Below are positions 1 to 13,469 of a stretch of 64,000 bases of DNA, one piece after another. The DNA lies in contig MU054001.1 in the NCBI GenBank assembly GCA_013239625.1, positions 4,504,167 through 4,568,166 on the forward strand, written 5' to 3'. The notes beneath the pieces are model-generated. The model was given only the letters and a program-made list of their open reading frames with translations. It made no database searches and was not told the DNA's origin. Within the stretch, counting starts at the first letter, position 1. Every line of letters starts with the position of its first letter. A program made the translations under genes and the position numbers. Source of the DNA: Lama guanicoe. Its lineage: Eukaryota.

Positions 1-29
1 CTGTGGATGAAAACATGCCTGACAAATCA

Positions 30-480
30 GTAACAGGATTTAGGTCAGAAACCCAACTCAGACTGACTAGAGCAAACATGAGAATTTATTAGCTCATGTG
101 ACATAAAAAGTCAAGGAGTCCAGGGGATCATGTGCTGCTGTTTGCTCTTCTCTTGATGGGAAGATACACACCAGCATCTCCAGGCTTTCATCTTAACCTG
201 CCAGGACACCAGTGTCCTCTCTTCATGGGAGGTCACAGCTGTTCTAGGATTGAGTCTCTGGCTCTTATTGGGCCACATGCTCATCCTGGACCTGATCACT
301 GTGGCTAGAGGGATGGAAGAAGCCGATTGGTTGGGCCTTGGTCACATGCTGTCTCCTAGAGCTGGGGAATAAGGCCATCCCCACATGGACCACACTGGGA
401 GGTGGGAGGGGCTCCGTGGGGATACCTGGAGTGCTCCTGCCTAAAGAAGGGTGCATGTTGGGTGAGCAAAGACTCGTGAA
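30..480. mobile_element. Old ERVL-MaLR LTR (MLT1-type)
   Basis: Typical MLT1 phrases (agaaacccaactca, gaatttattagctcatg, gattggttgggccttggtcacatgc). Confidence 0.55.
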
Positions 481-2109
481 ATCCTTGACTTCCTCAAAGC
501 ATCACATGAAAAAGTGAGAAGCCAAACAAATGACCAGCTCTGGAAGAATGGCTTAAATTGTGGCTTATTCATAAGATGGAATATTATGCAACCACTAAAA
601 CATATTAAAATTAAATCTATGGAGAAAATTTAGTGGTAGGATTTATGCTAGTATGATTTGACAAAATAGGTTACAAGGTGTATATGCAGTATCGTTTCAA
701 CTGGGTAAAATATATACGCTTTGAAAAATGCCATAAGAAAATATAGAGAAATGTTCACAGTAATTATCTCACAGTGATATGGGTAAACTTCATTCTGTGA
801 TCCTTTTCGTTTCCTTTTTTCTTTTTATATATTAAAGTGCTCATTCTATGCATGCCTAAAGAACAAATCCTAACTTAAAATCCAGGCTGCAACATAACTT
901 CCACTGGACCAGTGTGTGGCTGTGCTGCAACCAAGTGGGGACAAGAATTGAGGGTGAGGTGGAGACAAGGGTGGAGGGTGGCATGGAGGGGAGGGGAGGG
1001 AGGCAGCTTTGCCAAGTCCACGGCTGTGAGCCTGGAAGAAAGCGGCAGGCAGGTTTGCGCCCAGCTGCAGGTGACTGCGGGAGGTGTGGCTGGGGAATGG
1101 CAGTAACTCTTAGTTCCCTGGACAGGCAGCCCAGCTCCACTCTTTTAAAACCTCGTCCATTCATTTGTTCATTCAGTCACTCATTCATTCAGTAGATGAG
1201 TGCCCCTGGGCACGAAGGGGCATGGAAGTTCACAGGCCCGCGTGAGGACACGCATGCGCGCTCGCGGCTACTGCGGGCTCGCCGCGTATCGTGGGCCTGG
1301 AGACCCATGATCACTGGCAGAGGCGCTTTTGAGAGGAAGCTGACACACTGTGAGGACGCAGCAGCCGATTCTGAGCGAGGGCCGTGGGTCGTCTGCAGGT
1401 AAGCTGAGGCACAGGAGGACCGCACTTGGCATGAGAGGGAGTGTTAGACAGTAAGTAAGCCTGGGCGCTGTGTCCCCGGCTCTGAGCGAGGGGCTGAGGG
1501 TACCAGGCCCTGGATGGAGACTGACTGGGGATGTGGGGGAGACCAGGGAAAGCTGAAGGGGGCACATGGGTCAGGGCAGTCAGCTCCAGGGAGGCGGTGG
1601 AGGGGCGCAAGGAGTTGTGAGGGAGGCAGGCTTCTGCTCAGAACAGGTGAGGCAGACAGCAGCCCAGCAGTTAGCAGAGAGGTGGCCTCCGGCTCAGGGG
1701 TCCAGCTTTCCTCTGCAGCAAACAGTCCCAAGCTCTGAGACCCAGGGTAAGCTCTGGTTTTCTCACCTGGAAGAGGGGACTTCATCCTGCTCTCCTTGGG
1801 GAGTACCTGCGCCAGCATCAGGTAGACAAAAGGTGCACAGTTTCCAGGAAGAGGATGGGAGACAAACCTGGGACCACATCCCAGATAACACCTTGGCCTC
1901 AGCCATACCAGGAGGCAGGTCAGTGGGGCAGGTTGTATTTTCTAAAGAGAGCCACGATTGTCTCCCATACTGTGTATTTTCTTGTAATATGACCTTGGCA
2001 CTCTGCATGCCTTCTGGAGGTAGGTAATGAAGCTTCTGCCGGCTCTGCTCCTGTCCTTTCTCCCTCCCTGACTGGGTATACTCACCCTTGGAACCCAGCT
2101 GTCTGTTGT

Positions 2110-2378
2110 TACAGTGATCTGTAGGCTTTGATGTTACTACTATGACTCATAGAAGGCTCAGATAATGCATTTTTAGTAATAAGGTATTTCTAAATTGGTA
2201 TGCACTTTTTTTTTAGATATAATGCTATTATTACACACTTACTAGACTACCACAGAGTGTAAAAATAACTTTTATATGCACTGGGAAGCCAAAAAATTCA
2301 TGTGAGTCACTTTATTGCAATATTTGCTTTATGGCAGCGATCTGGAACTGAACCTGCAGTGTCTCTGTTGTTTGCCTG
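2110..2378. mobile_element. Tigger1-type (TcMar) DNA transposon terminal fragment
   Basis: Matches the Tigger1 terminus (ttttatatgcactgggaagccaaaaaattcatgtgagtcactttattgc...gcctg) followed by TA. Confidence 0.8.
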
Positions 2379-2380
2379 TA

Positions 2381-4580
2381 TAAGTGACATCGTACCATAC
2401 TTGTCTTTCTCTACTTGACGTTTTTGCCCCCAAGGATCATCCATAATGCTGCAAATAGCAGATTTTTCTTTCTTTTTTGTGGTTGAGTAATATTCCATTA
2501 TACATGTGGAATATTCCAATATATATGGGAAATTATGTATATTTCATTTAAAAAATCCATTTATCCATTGGTGTGCACTTAGGTTGTTTCCATATCCTGG
2601 TTGTTGTGAATGATGCTGCAGTGAACATGGGGATGCAGACAAGGTTTGCAAATATTTTCTCTCATTTCTTTTCATTCTGTGATTGTTTCTTTTGCATGCA
2701 GAAGCTTTGTAGTCTGATGTAGTTTTACTTGCTTAGTTTTGCTTTTATTGCCTTTGCTTCTGATGTCAGATACAAAAAAATCATTACCAAGACCAATGTC
2801 AAGGAGTTTTTCATCTGTTTCCATCTACAAGTTTTATAGTTTTAAGTCTTTCATTCAAGTCTTTAATCCACTTTGAGTTAATTCTTTGTGAGTTATGTAA
2901 TATACAGGTCTAGTTTCATTCTTTTGCCTGTGAATATCCAGTTTTCTCAACACCATTTATTAAAAAGAGTATCCTTTCCCCATAGAATATTCTTGGCTTT
3001 CTTGTCTAATATTAGTTGACTGTGTATGTATGGATTTATTTGGGGGCTCTTGATTCTGTTCCATTGGTCTACATGCCTTGTTTTTAATGCCAATACCATA
3101 CTGTTTTGATTACTACAGCTTTGCAATATGGTTTAAAATCAGGACATGTGACAGAGCATCTTTTGATGTGTTTATTTCCTATCTGTGTATTTTCTTTGGT
3201 GAGGTGTCCATTAAGGTCCTTGGCCCATTTTTAAATTGGATTGTTCATTTTCTTCTCATTGAATTTTAAGAGTTCTTTATACATTTTGGATAACAGTCCT
3301 TTATCAGCTGCGTGTTTTTTTCAAATATTTCCTCCCACTCTGTGGCTTGTTTCCTTATTGTCTTGACGTTGCCTTTTGTAGAGCAGAAATTCTTAATTTT
3401 AATGAAATCCAGTTTATGAATTATTTCTTTCATGAGTTGTACCTTTGGTGTTGTATCTGAAAAGATCATTGCCATACCCAAGGTCATCTAGGTTTTCTCC
3501 TATGTTATTGTTTAGAAATTTTAGAGTTTTGCTTTTTACATTTTAGCCTGTGATCCATTTTTTTCTTTTTAAATTTTTATTGACTTATAGTAGTTTACGA
3601 TGTTGCATTAGTTTCAGGTATACAGCAAAGCGATTCAGTCATATATATGTAGGGTTTGGGTGGTTGTGTGTATTTATATTTATATTCTTTTTCAGATTCT
3701 TTGTCACTATAGGCTATCACAAGATATTGAATATAGTTCCCTGTGCTATACAGTAGGTCCTTACTGTTTATTTTATAGATAGTAGTTTGTATGTGATCCG
3801 TTTTAAGTTAATTTTTGTGACGGATATACAAGATCTGTGTCTCAATTCATTTTTTTGCCTGTGGATATCTTGCTGTTCGAGCACCACTTGTTGAAAAGAC
3901 TATCTTTTCTTCATTGTGTTGCTCTTTTGTCAAAGTTCAGTTGACTATATTTATAGGGAGTCTATTTCTGGGCTCTCAACTCTGTTCCATTGAATTTGTC
4001 TTTGTCTGTTCTTTCGCCAGTACCACACTGTCTTGATTACTGCCGCTTTATAGCACATCTTCAAGTTAAGTAGTGTCAGTCCCCCAATTTTGTTCTTCTT
4101 CCTTCAATACCGAGTTGGTTATCCTCGGTCTTTTGCGTCTCCATATAAACTTCAGGCTCAGTTGGTTGATACACAATTTCTTGCTGGGATTTTGACTGGG
4201 ATTGCATTGAATATGTAGATCAAGTCGGGAAGAACTGACATATGGACAATATTTGTCTATCTATGAACACAGAATGTCTCCCGATTTATTTAGTTCTTTG
4301 ATTTCTTTCATCAGAGTTTTGTAGTTTTCCTCATATAGATCTTGCACATATTTTGTTAGATTTATATAGAAGTATTTAATTTGGGGGGCCTGCTAATGTA
4401 AACAACTTTTTATTTTGTAATTATGTTTTTAATTTCAAATTCCACTTGTTCATTGCTGGTGTGGAGGAAAGCAACTGACTTGTATATTAACCTTATATCC
4501 TACAACCTTGCTATGATTGTATATTAGTTCCAGGAGATTTTTGTCCATTCTTTTGGTTTTCCACATCAGAACAATCACTT
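2381..4580 (-). mobile_element. Cluster of degraded antisense L1 (L1M-type) ORF2/3' fragments
   Basis: Minus-strand ORF fragments resemble the ORF2 C-terminus (KLDFIKIKNFCSTK...QATEWEEIF); many stops and frameshifts. Confidence 0.85.
3562..3791 (-). mobile_element. Short (~230 bp) L1 3'-end insertion nested in older L1
   Basis: T-tail plus artiodactyl-type L1 3' UTR; TSD TGTGATCC(A/G)TTTT at 3549-3561 and 3792-3804. Confidence 0.85.
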
Positions 4581-5199
4581 TTTAAAACTTATACCCTACT
4601 TTGCTCCTAAACTGTCATCTACCCAGTGAGAGATTTTGTGGCGAGAGGAGGGTCTGAGGAGGGAGAGAACCATCATCCTATGAAAGTGCACAATAATTAT
4701 AAAACACACTTGGGAGAAAATATGCATCTTAGGTAATTCTTCTAGAAACACAGTTCACCCTAAACTGCTTCTTGAAATAAAAGATGTATCCATGTTGGGG
4801 CTCGGTGGTCTCGCGCTGGGAGCTAAGACCTTGGCTGTCTGGGTTGCTGTGGGTGTCAGGGCTGCTCCAGATCTTTGGGAGGCAAAAGCCTGGTGATCTG
4901 GGACTGGAGAGTCAGCAGTGGCAGCCCCTCTCCATTCTGGGTCATTTCCAAGCAGCCAGGGCAGGGGCCACAGGAGTCTCCAGTCCATGGGCCTGCAAAC
5001 TGGTGCTAGTACCTTTCCTCTGTGTTTGGCAAAGAACAGCAGCTTCTAGGCATGAAAGAGCCAAAACCCAAAAAAATCTACCCACCCCACCCCACCTCCA
5101 GCAAAAAACAAAACACCTGAGGCTATCAAAAACATCCGTTTTTACAGTAGACACCAGTTGTTCTCACATAGGGGGATTCTGGCTCACAGTACCTTGATG

Positions 5200-5705
5200 T
5201 CTCTTTGGAGAATTAGCCTTTCCCAACTCTCAGCCCAAGGGACAGACTTTTCTGTCCTAGGGTTCCAGAGGGGGTCATGTGACTTGGCTTGACCAATCAG
5301 CATATCCCACTGGCTTGGCCTCGTGATTGGTGGGCTGGGAGTCCAGCTGGTCCAATGAGAGCCTCCTCAGGACTTTTGCTAGAATTTACTTGGAACCAGG
5401 CCGGCCCAACCTTTCTAGTGGGGTTGCCAAACTTAGGATGTCATCCTAGAGCTGGGTTTGGAAGGGAGGCACCCAGAGGAGGGCCTGGGGAGCCTACCTG
5501 AGTTGAAGGTACCACAGAGGAGAGCACAGACAAGAGGTGGGAGAGAAACTGGGGTGTGATATGGTTGCCTGAGGCCCTGGGTCATATTGTACTGGAAGGC
5601 AGCTATGTCTTGGCATTTCTAGTTACATGAGCCAGTAAATCCCCTTTTATATTTAATCCAATTTGAGTGGTTTTTGTCACTTAAAAGTAAAAGAGCTTAA
5701 ACTAC
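5200..5705 (+). mobile_element. Old ERVL LTR (LTR16-like)
   Basis: ttcccaactctcagccc, gtcatgtgac...ccaatcagcat, agttacatgagccagtaaatcccctttt motifs. Confidence 0.55.
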
Positions 5706-6317
5706 TATCCTCTAAGAACAGTGCAGAGGGCTGCGTGCAGCAGACCTAATTGTGGGAAGACAAACTCCAGACTCAGAGGAGAGAAGCCGGGTCTGTGCCT
5801 TTCACTCTTTCCTAGAGCCTAAGCCTCCTTCCCAACTCCCTCCTAACTCCCTAACACTCATACCTGGGGCTGTCCTGCAAATCCCGCTGAGCCCAGTTAC
5901 CTGCCTGCAGCCCTGCCCCGTGGTAGTGCTGAGCAGCACCTACCAGATACATGGCTGCTTGGGCGTCCATCTGTCTGTCTCCTGCAGGAGAATGTGAGTC
6001 CCAGGGGAGCTGGAGTCCAGTCTGACCCTCCTTCCCCTGCAGGCTCTGGCACCCTGCCTGCCACTCACCAGGTGCTCAGTGAATTGAATGGAAAAAGGAA
6101 AGGAGCCCATCAGGAGACCGGATCACCTAGAAATCTGAACACAGGCTGACCTGGGACTAGGAAAAAACACCGGACTTGGAGTCCGAAAATAAAGGAAGGC
6201 ATCCTGGCCCTGCATTTATTCAGTGATTTGCTTGGGCCTCTTTGAGCTCCAGCTGCTTCTACCCATGGCAGGAGGATCATGAGCCTGGCCCTGGAAGTGT
6301 CAGTGCAAATGCTCCTG

Positions 6318-6336
6318 TGGCCAGCAGGGGGCGCTA
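6318..6336 (+). promoter_or_regulatory. CTCF motif, forward
   Basis: TGGCCAGCAGGGGGCGCTA, 18/19 match to consensus TGGCCACCAGGGGGCGCTA. Confidence 0.8.
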
Positions 6337-9300
6337 AAACAAGCCCCTGTTCACTGGCCCTGTGCTACATACTGTATCTGTGAAGTCTCGCTTATCTTAC
6401 TCTGCTGCTGGATTGGGAAGGCTGCAGTATTAGCCCCATTTTACAGATGATGAAACCGAGGCACAGCAAGATGAAGTCACTTGTCCAATACCACACAGCT
6501 AGTCAGCGGAGAAGGCTGCACTTGAGCCCAGATCTGCTGACCCCAGAGTCCTTTGTTTTAGCTTTTAGGCTCTGCTGTTAGAGGCAATTAGAACCTGTCC
6601 CAGGCTCCGGACTCCCTGAGATAAAGGCCTTCCATGCTCATGTCTCAGCTGGTATCTGGTCCTGGTGGTGTGCAAAGCCAGGCCATTTCTAGTTTTGAAA
6701 CTTACATATGTTAAAAAGTGAGGAAGCCTCAAAACAAATTTCTACCATTGTAGTGTACTTACTATGAATAGATTTAACAAATAATTGTTCCTAACACGGT
6801 AAAATTTAACTGTGCCAAGGTAATTAGCATAATCCTTTCAAAAATTTAATTTATAGGTCACTGAAGGCAGCATGGCCTGGTAACAGGACACAAGTTTCAA
6901 GATGGAGAATGTCACTACAGTCCATCCTGTTCCTGTGACCCTTGCATAACAAGGGAGGGAAGGTCAAAGGCATGCAACTGAGGCCCTTGTTATGGAAGGG
7001 AGGATGGGCCCACCTCAGGCAGGGCTTGGGAGGGGCACCCAGGCGCCAAGCCAAGGCAGGTTCAGCCCAGCACCTTCACCCCCATCATCTGCACTGAAGT
7101 TCCTGTCAGCCAGCGGCTTCCTGAGAATTTCCAGCCACCAGAAGGGGGCAGACTGTGACTTCTGAAGCCAGGACACAATGGGCCTGTGAGGAGGCAGGTG
7201 GAAGGAGATGGAGGTGCCAGGCCGCCACCTCAGGACAAGCTGGGCCCGGGTAGGCTGGGCCTGGCTCCCTGAAAACTTCAGGTTGTGGTTTGGCTCTGAG
7301 GACCCACCCCAACCCCGTGTCTTACGTGAGGTCACCTGGAGGCGGAGCAGCCAGGACAGCTCAAGGGTTGGCAGTCTGGCTGGGAGTTGGGGCTGGGGGC
7401 TTGTCTTGAAGCTCAAAATCAGACACACCACCTTTACCTGATTGTGTATTTACTTGGGGTGGCTAGTGGGACTGGTGGAGATTTAGGGTGGGGTTAAGCC
7501 ACCCTTAGGCCTGGCCACTGCTCAGGGAGACACTTCAGGCCTCAGAAACCTTCAGGGACGCCACACTGCCCTATGCGGAAGGCACAGGAGCAAACCTTCG
7601 AAATGCCCTTGTGCATTGTGGCTCCAGGTGGGCAGAGCTGGGAGATGAGGGTGTCCCCTCCTGCTTCCTGACACCTGACCCACTGCTCCACAGCTACCAC
7701 CAGTGCTGGTGGTCAACACGATGCCAAGGGCCAGTGGTGTGCTGGGTTTTCCTCGTGGGCTGGCCCTTCAGTGATAGGTTCTCCTTGGGGCCGGCAGCCA
7801 GCTTTCCAGACCTCAGTCCCTGCCCAGACTGAGTCCTTTGTGGATTCCCTGTGCCGAGCAGCCCAGGCTCTCAGATGGCGCAAACAAAGAGAATTTTAAA
7901 GTGACACAAGCTGGACATGCTTCTGCCCAGATTAAGGCAAGCTCCAGCTTTGGGCCTTTGAAAGGCACTTGATTTCCCGGAGTGAAGATGGATTTTCACA
8001 ACAGAATTAAGAAATGCCTCACCACCCAGCCTCACCCCCTGGGACAGGCCTCACTGTGTCACTGGGATTGTGGGGGAGGGTTGGGGCACCTGGTATTTGT
8101 CACATCCCCTCCGCACACACTGCCCCAGGCAGTGACACTAACGCCTGGACCTGTTTCTGCACCAAGTGTCCTGACTCCATTCTGTCCTTCCCCTGCAGCA
8201 GATTCACCTTTTCCCAGCACAAGTCCCACCAGGATAACCCTCTGCTTAAAGTCTTTGCATGACTCCCGCTGCCTCAGGACAGAGCCCAGGCCTTTACTGC
8301 CTCTGGGAAGCCCCGCCCACCTCTCCTGCCTTTGGCCACCTGCTTCCCGGGTCCTCCCTCCCACGCACTGCCAGCCATGTGGACTGCTTCCCATCTCTTG
8401 AACCCTGAGCTTGCCTTTGGTCCATCATGCCTTGCTCTGCCTCTGCCTGGACCCTCCTCTAGTGTGTGTGGCCAACTCCTCCCCATCGTTCAAGTGACCA
8501 CTTCAATGTGTGTCTCCTTATGAGAGACGGAGACCTCCCCTACCACCAGGACCCTCGCTCCTGTCCCCCAGCTCTGTGCTGTCATATTACTCAAGGGCTG
8601 CCCTCTGAACCTGCAGCCCAGCTCAGTGCCAGGCACGTAGTACGTGCTCAACAAATGTGTGATGTGAAGGCAGGCAGGAGGGGATGAGGGGCAGCTATGT
8701 GCCCGTGGCGTCTGCTCCCTCAGGAGGAGACAGGCTGAGGGTGGGGCTTGGCTTTAAATCTAAGGGCACACAGATGGGCATCTGAGCCGTACCTGAGGCC
8801 TCCCACCTGCCCAGGATGTGCTCCTCCCTCTCCCTGGAAGTGCACCTTCCTCATTTACCACAGACTTGGCGCCTGCAGGAACCAAGCTGACCTGGCTGCG
8901 TGCACATTCCCAGGCAGGGAGCGGCCATGGTCAGTAGTCTAGAGCCTGTCTGAGCCTGTGGGCTCTGCTTCTCAGGCCCCTTCCACTCTACCCTCCGCAA
9001 TCCCCGTCCCTGAGCCCACCTGCCTGGAAAGGCAGATGCCCCAGCGTCACCGTTCCCCTAAACCCCCACCTTGAGCCTCTTGCTGGAAGCCTGCTGGCCA
9101 GAGAGAAAGTTGTCTCTCTGGGACAAAGCCAGGTCCTTCTGAGGCCCGTGGACTTGGCGTGTGGCATTTGGTCCATTACTCGGTCACCATTCAGATGGGC
9201 CCACTGAGCCTCACACAGCACTCAGACTTGGGGGAACCCAAGAGGAATGACCATAGCACTGCTTCCCAAACCCAAGCTTACCCCAGGAGCTCTCATTCTT

Positions 9301-12300
9301 TCTGCTCAGGAAAACCTTTTGAAAAAATAAATGTTAGTGGCTCATGGGAAGCGGTGAGAGGACCCTAAGGAGCAAGAATGACGCATCACTGGCAGAGGTG
9401 GGGAGCAGAGCCCCTGGGAGCCCACCCTTTCCTGTCTGCTCAGGGAGTCCTTTAGTGGCAGGGCACCCCTGGACCGGCTGCCACAGCTAACAGGGAGCAG
9501 TCGTAGGACGCGGCAGCAGAGCAGCACCCCGGGACTCAAAGGAGACCCTGCCCAACTCCCACCAGCCCCTCCGTGATCCTGGACAAACCTTTAGATCAAT
9601 GTTGCAAATCAGATGGCCAGAGGGGCCAGGCAGCAGCATAAATGAGGGAGAGCTGCACCTGACGCCCCACCTGAAGGGCTGGTTACTCCAGCCCACTAGT
9701 ACCTGGTGGAAAAATGAGGCGCCAGAGTTTTTAGATCTGATGACTGTTCTTAAGAAAATTTTTTAAAATCTGAGTTGTTATAGATGATTTCCCATTTTGA
9801 GAATTTCAATTAAAACAACACACCAACAAGGCAAACAAAATGTTTCTATGGGCCACATCTGACAGGGTAGTTCCAGAGTTAAGCCCTTGGAGGGTCCTTA
9901 CTGTAAAATGAAGTTGCTGTTTCTTGGCTGGGTTGGTGGGATCCCCCTCCCCTTTTTCCCTCCCAGGGGTAGTGGGGGAGGCACCCACAGCATCTCCCAG
10001 TGAATCAGCTCTGCCCAGAGGCCACTTAACCCCTGGCCAGTGCTGGTTGGACCAGGGGTGGGCACCTGACCCAGGGCAGCCAATCCTAGGCTGCCAATAA
10101 TTTTTGCTGCACCTTGGGGCCAATATTGCCTTGGACCACCCCTTTCCCACTCTTCATACTCCTGGTCCTCCCAGGCCCCGCCCCTTTTGTCCTTCAGATC
10201 TGATGGTGGTACCTACTTGCTGAAGCCTCCTCTGATCATTCTGTTTAAAGTGCCAGCACCCCAAGACAGATTTTTTCTTCTCCATTTTGTTCTCTGTTGT
10301 ATCCACAGCATCCAGAGTGGTGCCTGACACATCACAGACTCCCGCCAAATATTTATTGAAGGACATGAGTTCTCAAGCAAGTCCATCTCCCCTGTTACTC
10401 CACAATGTCCCATCCTACCCGCATCACTCCTTCCCCCTGCTCCCCCGGTGACTTGTGCTAGCTTCAGGGAGACTTGTTCTGGCAATCAAAAGAACTACAA
10501 TAAAGCACGACCTCATCAGCTGTTCCGCAAAGCAAAGGAGGTGACAAAGTGACAGTGCCAAGTGCAGACCCCGGCTTGTAGTAGCTGCTCAGTACATGTT
10601 TGGATTTGGTTTTTCAGGGCTTTGCATTGCCTGTCTTGCTTGAAAGTTTCAATGTTCGTGTCCCAGCAACCTCAGCCAGCAAAAGGCAGTCCCGTTTGTA
10701 ATTTGGAAAACCCTCTGGGCGGTCCCCTGGCCCCCGCCCCCACCAGGTCTGAAGCCTTCCTGGAACCCCGCATTTGGGCCAGTTCCAGGTCTGCTCGTGG
10801 TGTCCACACGCGGACGATGAGTGTCATGCCGGAGTCTATGGTTGATAAAGAGATCATCGAGCAGCCGGTTCATGTTGTGTGTCAATCCAAAAAGAAAATC
10901 AATTTTAAACATCAGATAAAATATGACAGGCGTTTTAAGAATGTATTTTACGAGCAATGCACTGTGCTGGGAACAGGGATGGCGGACAGGTTAAGGCCTC
11001 GCCGCTGATCCCCGTCAGGAAGGTCTGACACGGAGCCTCCTAGGCGCTCCTCTGTCTCCAGCTCAGCTTCACAGCCCCCGACGCTCAGACTGGAGGGCGC
11101 CTGCAGGCCGGGCTGCTGGCAGCTGGGGATGCCGGCCAGAGAGGGGCTCACCCTCGAGGTAACTGCCATGCTCATTCTGGAATCCTTCCGAATTGAGAGC
11201 AAGGAGGCTGGTGCCGGTCCAGGCCCGCCTGGAATCTTCCAGGGACCTGTCAGCCTGACTCTGTGGGAGTCGGCCTTCTTTTCTTTTAAGTGGGGATAAC
11301 TACACCTACCCATAGGGAGGGTTAGATGAGATCGGGGGAGGGGTAGTTAAAACACTTTGAAAATGAATCTATTTTAAACGGGGGAAAACTTCGCGTGACA
11401 AAAATTTTCAAACAATGCAAAAGGCTCTAAGATTCAGAGGAAGTTTCCTTCCTGCCCTTGGACCCCCGCTCCTCCCTTCCTCTCCAGAGAGACAACTACT
11501 CGGCTTTTTGCGCGTGTCCTTCCAGAGATGGTCCTCGCAGGCATACGCATACGCATACGCATGCGCGTACACATTATTTGGGGCTTGGCTTTTTTCTCTC
11601 TTGGCCTTCCCCTTTTCAATGTCCATTCCTAGAGGATGGCCTCCTCCTTTTTCGGTATGTGCCCCTAAACACGTGGGCTTCGCCACCTCCCCTTGAAACT
11701 ACACGGTGAGCTTCCTGCCCTTCAGCAGTACCGAGGCAAGGCCAGTGGGAGGAGCAAGTGGGCGGGGTGGGGCGGGGCTCGCAGGAGGGGCAGGGCTAAG
11801 GAAAGGGAGAGATCTAGCAGGAAAGGAAGGGGCAAGGTGGATACGAGAGGACGAAGGAACACAACAGGCTCTGCTCATCCTGCTAGAGGTAGAGTCTTAA
11901 GAGCTGGGAGGAGAAGTGGAACCCAACACTATTGTGAATAATAATAATAACATCAGCTATCATTTATTGAAAAAAATCCATTGTGCGGATACTCCATGTG
12001 TGAGCCAGTCCCTTACCCACGGGTATCCAAGTGCTGCAAAGTGTCGCAGCCAATAGGCTGGTCCGTGTGTGCCAGTGCCTGGAGAGTGGAAAGCACCAGG
12101 TCAACTCAGGCGTTACGCCAGGGACCTGACAAACCCTCTGGAAAGTCTATGCTTTTGTCCCTGACTTAACCATAGTGAAAGGAGGGTGGGGCTGGGGGAA
12201 GACCGGGACCTGTGGCAATGGTTTCAGGGCTTGGCTTTGCTGATTTTATTCCTGAATTTTCTTCCACTGCCCAAACCTTATTTTTCAACTGCCTCTGGTG

Positions 12301-13313
12301 TGAGCTGAACAACATATAAAAGTGAGTTTTACAGACATCCAGACTATGAGAGCCTTAAGAGCCTCTGGCACCCTGAGATTCCCTTTCCTTTGGAAACTTT
12401 TGATGTCACAGATACCTGAGGAGGGTGCCCAGATCATAAGGGCTCCCCCAGGCACTCTGCCCCCTATTCCCCCCTCTTCCAGAACAGGCACTGCCCCTCA
12501 AGCTGTGGACCTATCCCCACCAGCCAAGGCCATACTATTCCTGGTTCCTCCCTGGGCCCCACCTCTTCTACAGATGGACAATGAGGTGGGTCTGGTCAAA
12601 GGAGAACTGCTCTGCTAGTGGCGGTGTGGCCTTACCCCCATGGATCTTGTTGGACAAACTGCAAGAGAACCCAACTCAGACAGTCACCATACAGGGGTCC
12701 TTACCACTGGGGACTGGGGGAAAGTATGTTTCTAGTATGTTTCTAGTCCCCATTAGGATCCAATGGAGGCCTCTTTCAGGGGATAAGGCTCATGTTTGAA
12801 AGGCTTATAGGCCACCTGTAGTAGTCACGTAATTATAATATCTGCTATGCTGTTTTCACCTGCACTTTCTCATTTCCCTCAGGGAAGTGGGTAGAGTTAT
12901 TTCCATGTGACAGATTAGGGGACTGAGTGTGGGAGATGCTATTTGTTGCCTGTCCCTTAGCCATTCCCACCCTCACACACATACCCTTCCTCACCCCCAT
13001 TTTTCTTGTCCTCTTCTTTCCTAGAAAAGTGGGTTCTCCACAGCCCAGGAAGTGATTTTTGGCTGGTAAAGCCATGTCGCTCTCCTCCTCTTGCTGGAGA
13101 TGCATGGACATGAGATGCATTGCTGGCTGAGAAGTCTGTTGGGGGTTGGGGTGTAGGTTTTCCTTTCTTTGGTAAAGAAGTAAGTAAAAGTATCCAAGTT
13201 AGGGATACTCCCTTTTACTTTTGGCCTCTGGTTATTGTTGGCTACATGTAATTACTAGAACTGTGGTACCCCTTGGAGCCATGAAGAGAGTCAGTCTAAG
13301 ATTCAGTGTGCTA

Positions 13314-13447
13314 GGGGAAGGTATAGCTCAGTGGTAGAGTGCAAGCTTGGCATGCACAAGGTCATGGGTTCAATCCCCAGAACCTCCACTAAAAAATAAA
13401 AAAAAGACCTAATTACCCCCCAAAAAGCCCCCCAAAAATGTAAAAAA
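13314..13447 (+). mobile_element. Camelid tRNA-derived SINE (Vic-1-like)
   Basis: A box TAGCTCAGTGG, B box GGTTCAATCCC, ACCTAATTACC tail, A-rich end; TSD AAGA(TT/CC)CAGTGTGCTA at 13298-13313 and 13448-13463. Confidence 0.9.
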
Positions 13448-13469
13448 AAGACCCAGTGTGCTAGAGACC

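Noticed and set aside
13314..13390. tRNA-like sequence (also at ~24320, ~25880, ~41250)
   Set aside because: SINE heads with a non-tRNA tail, A-rich ends and, in three of four copies, clear TSDs; not tRNA genes.
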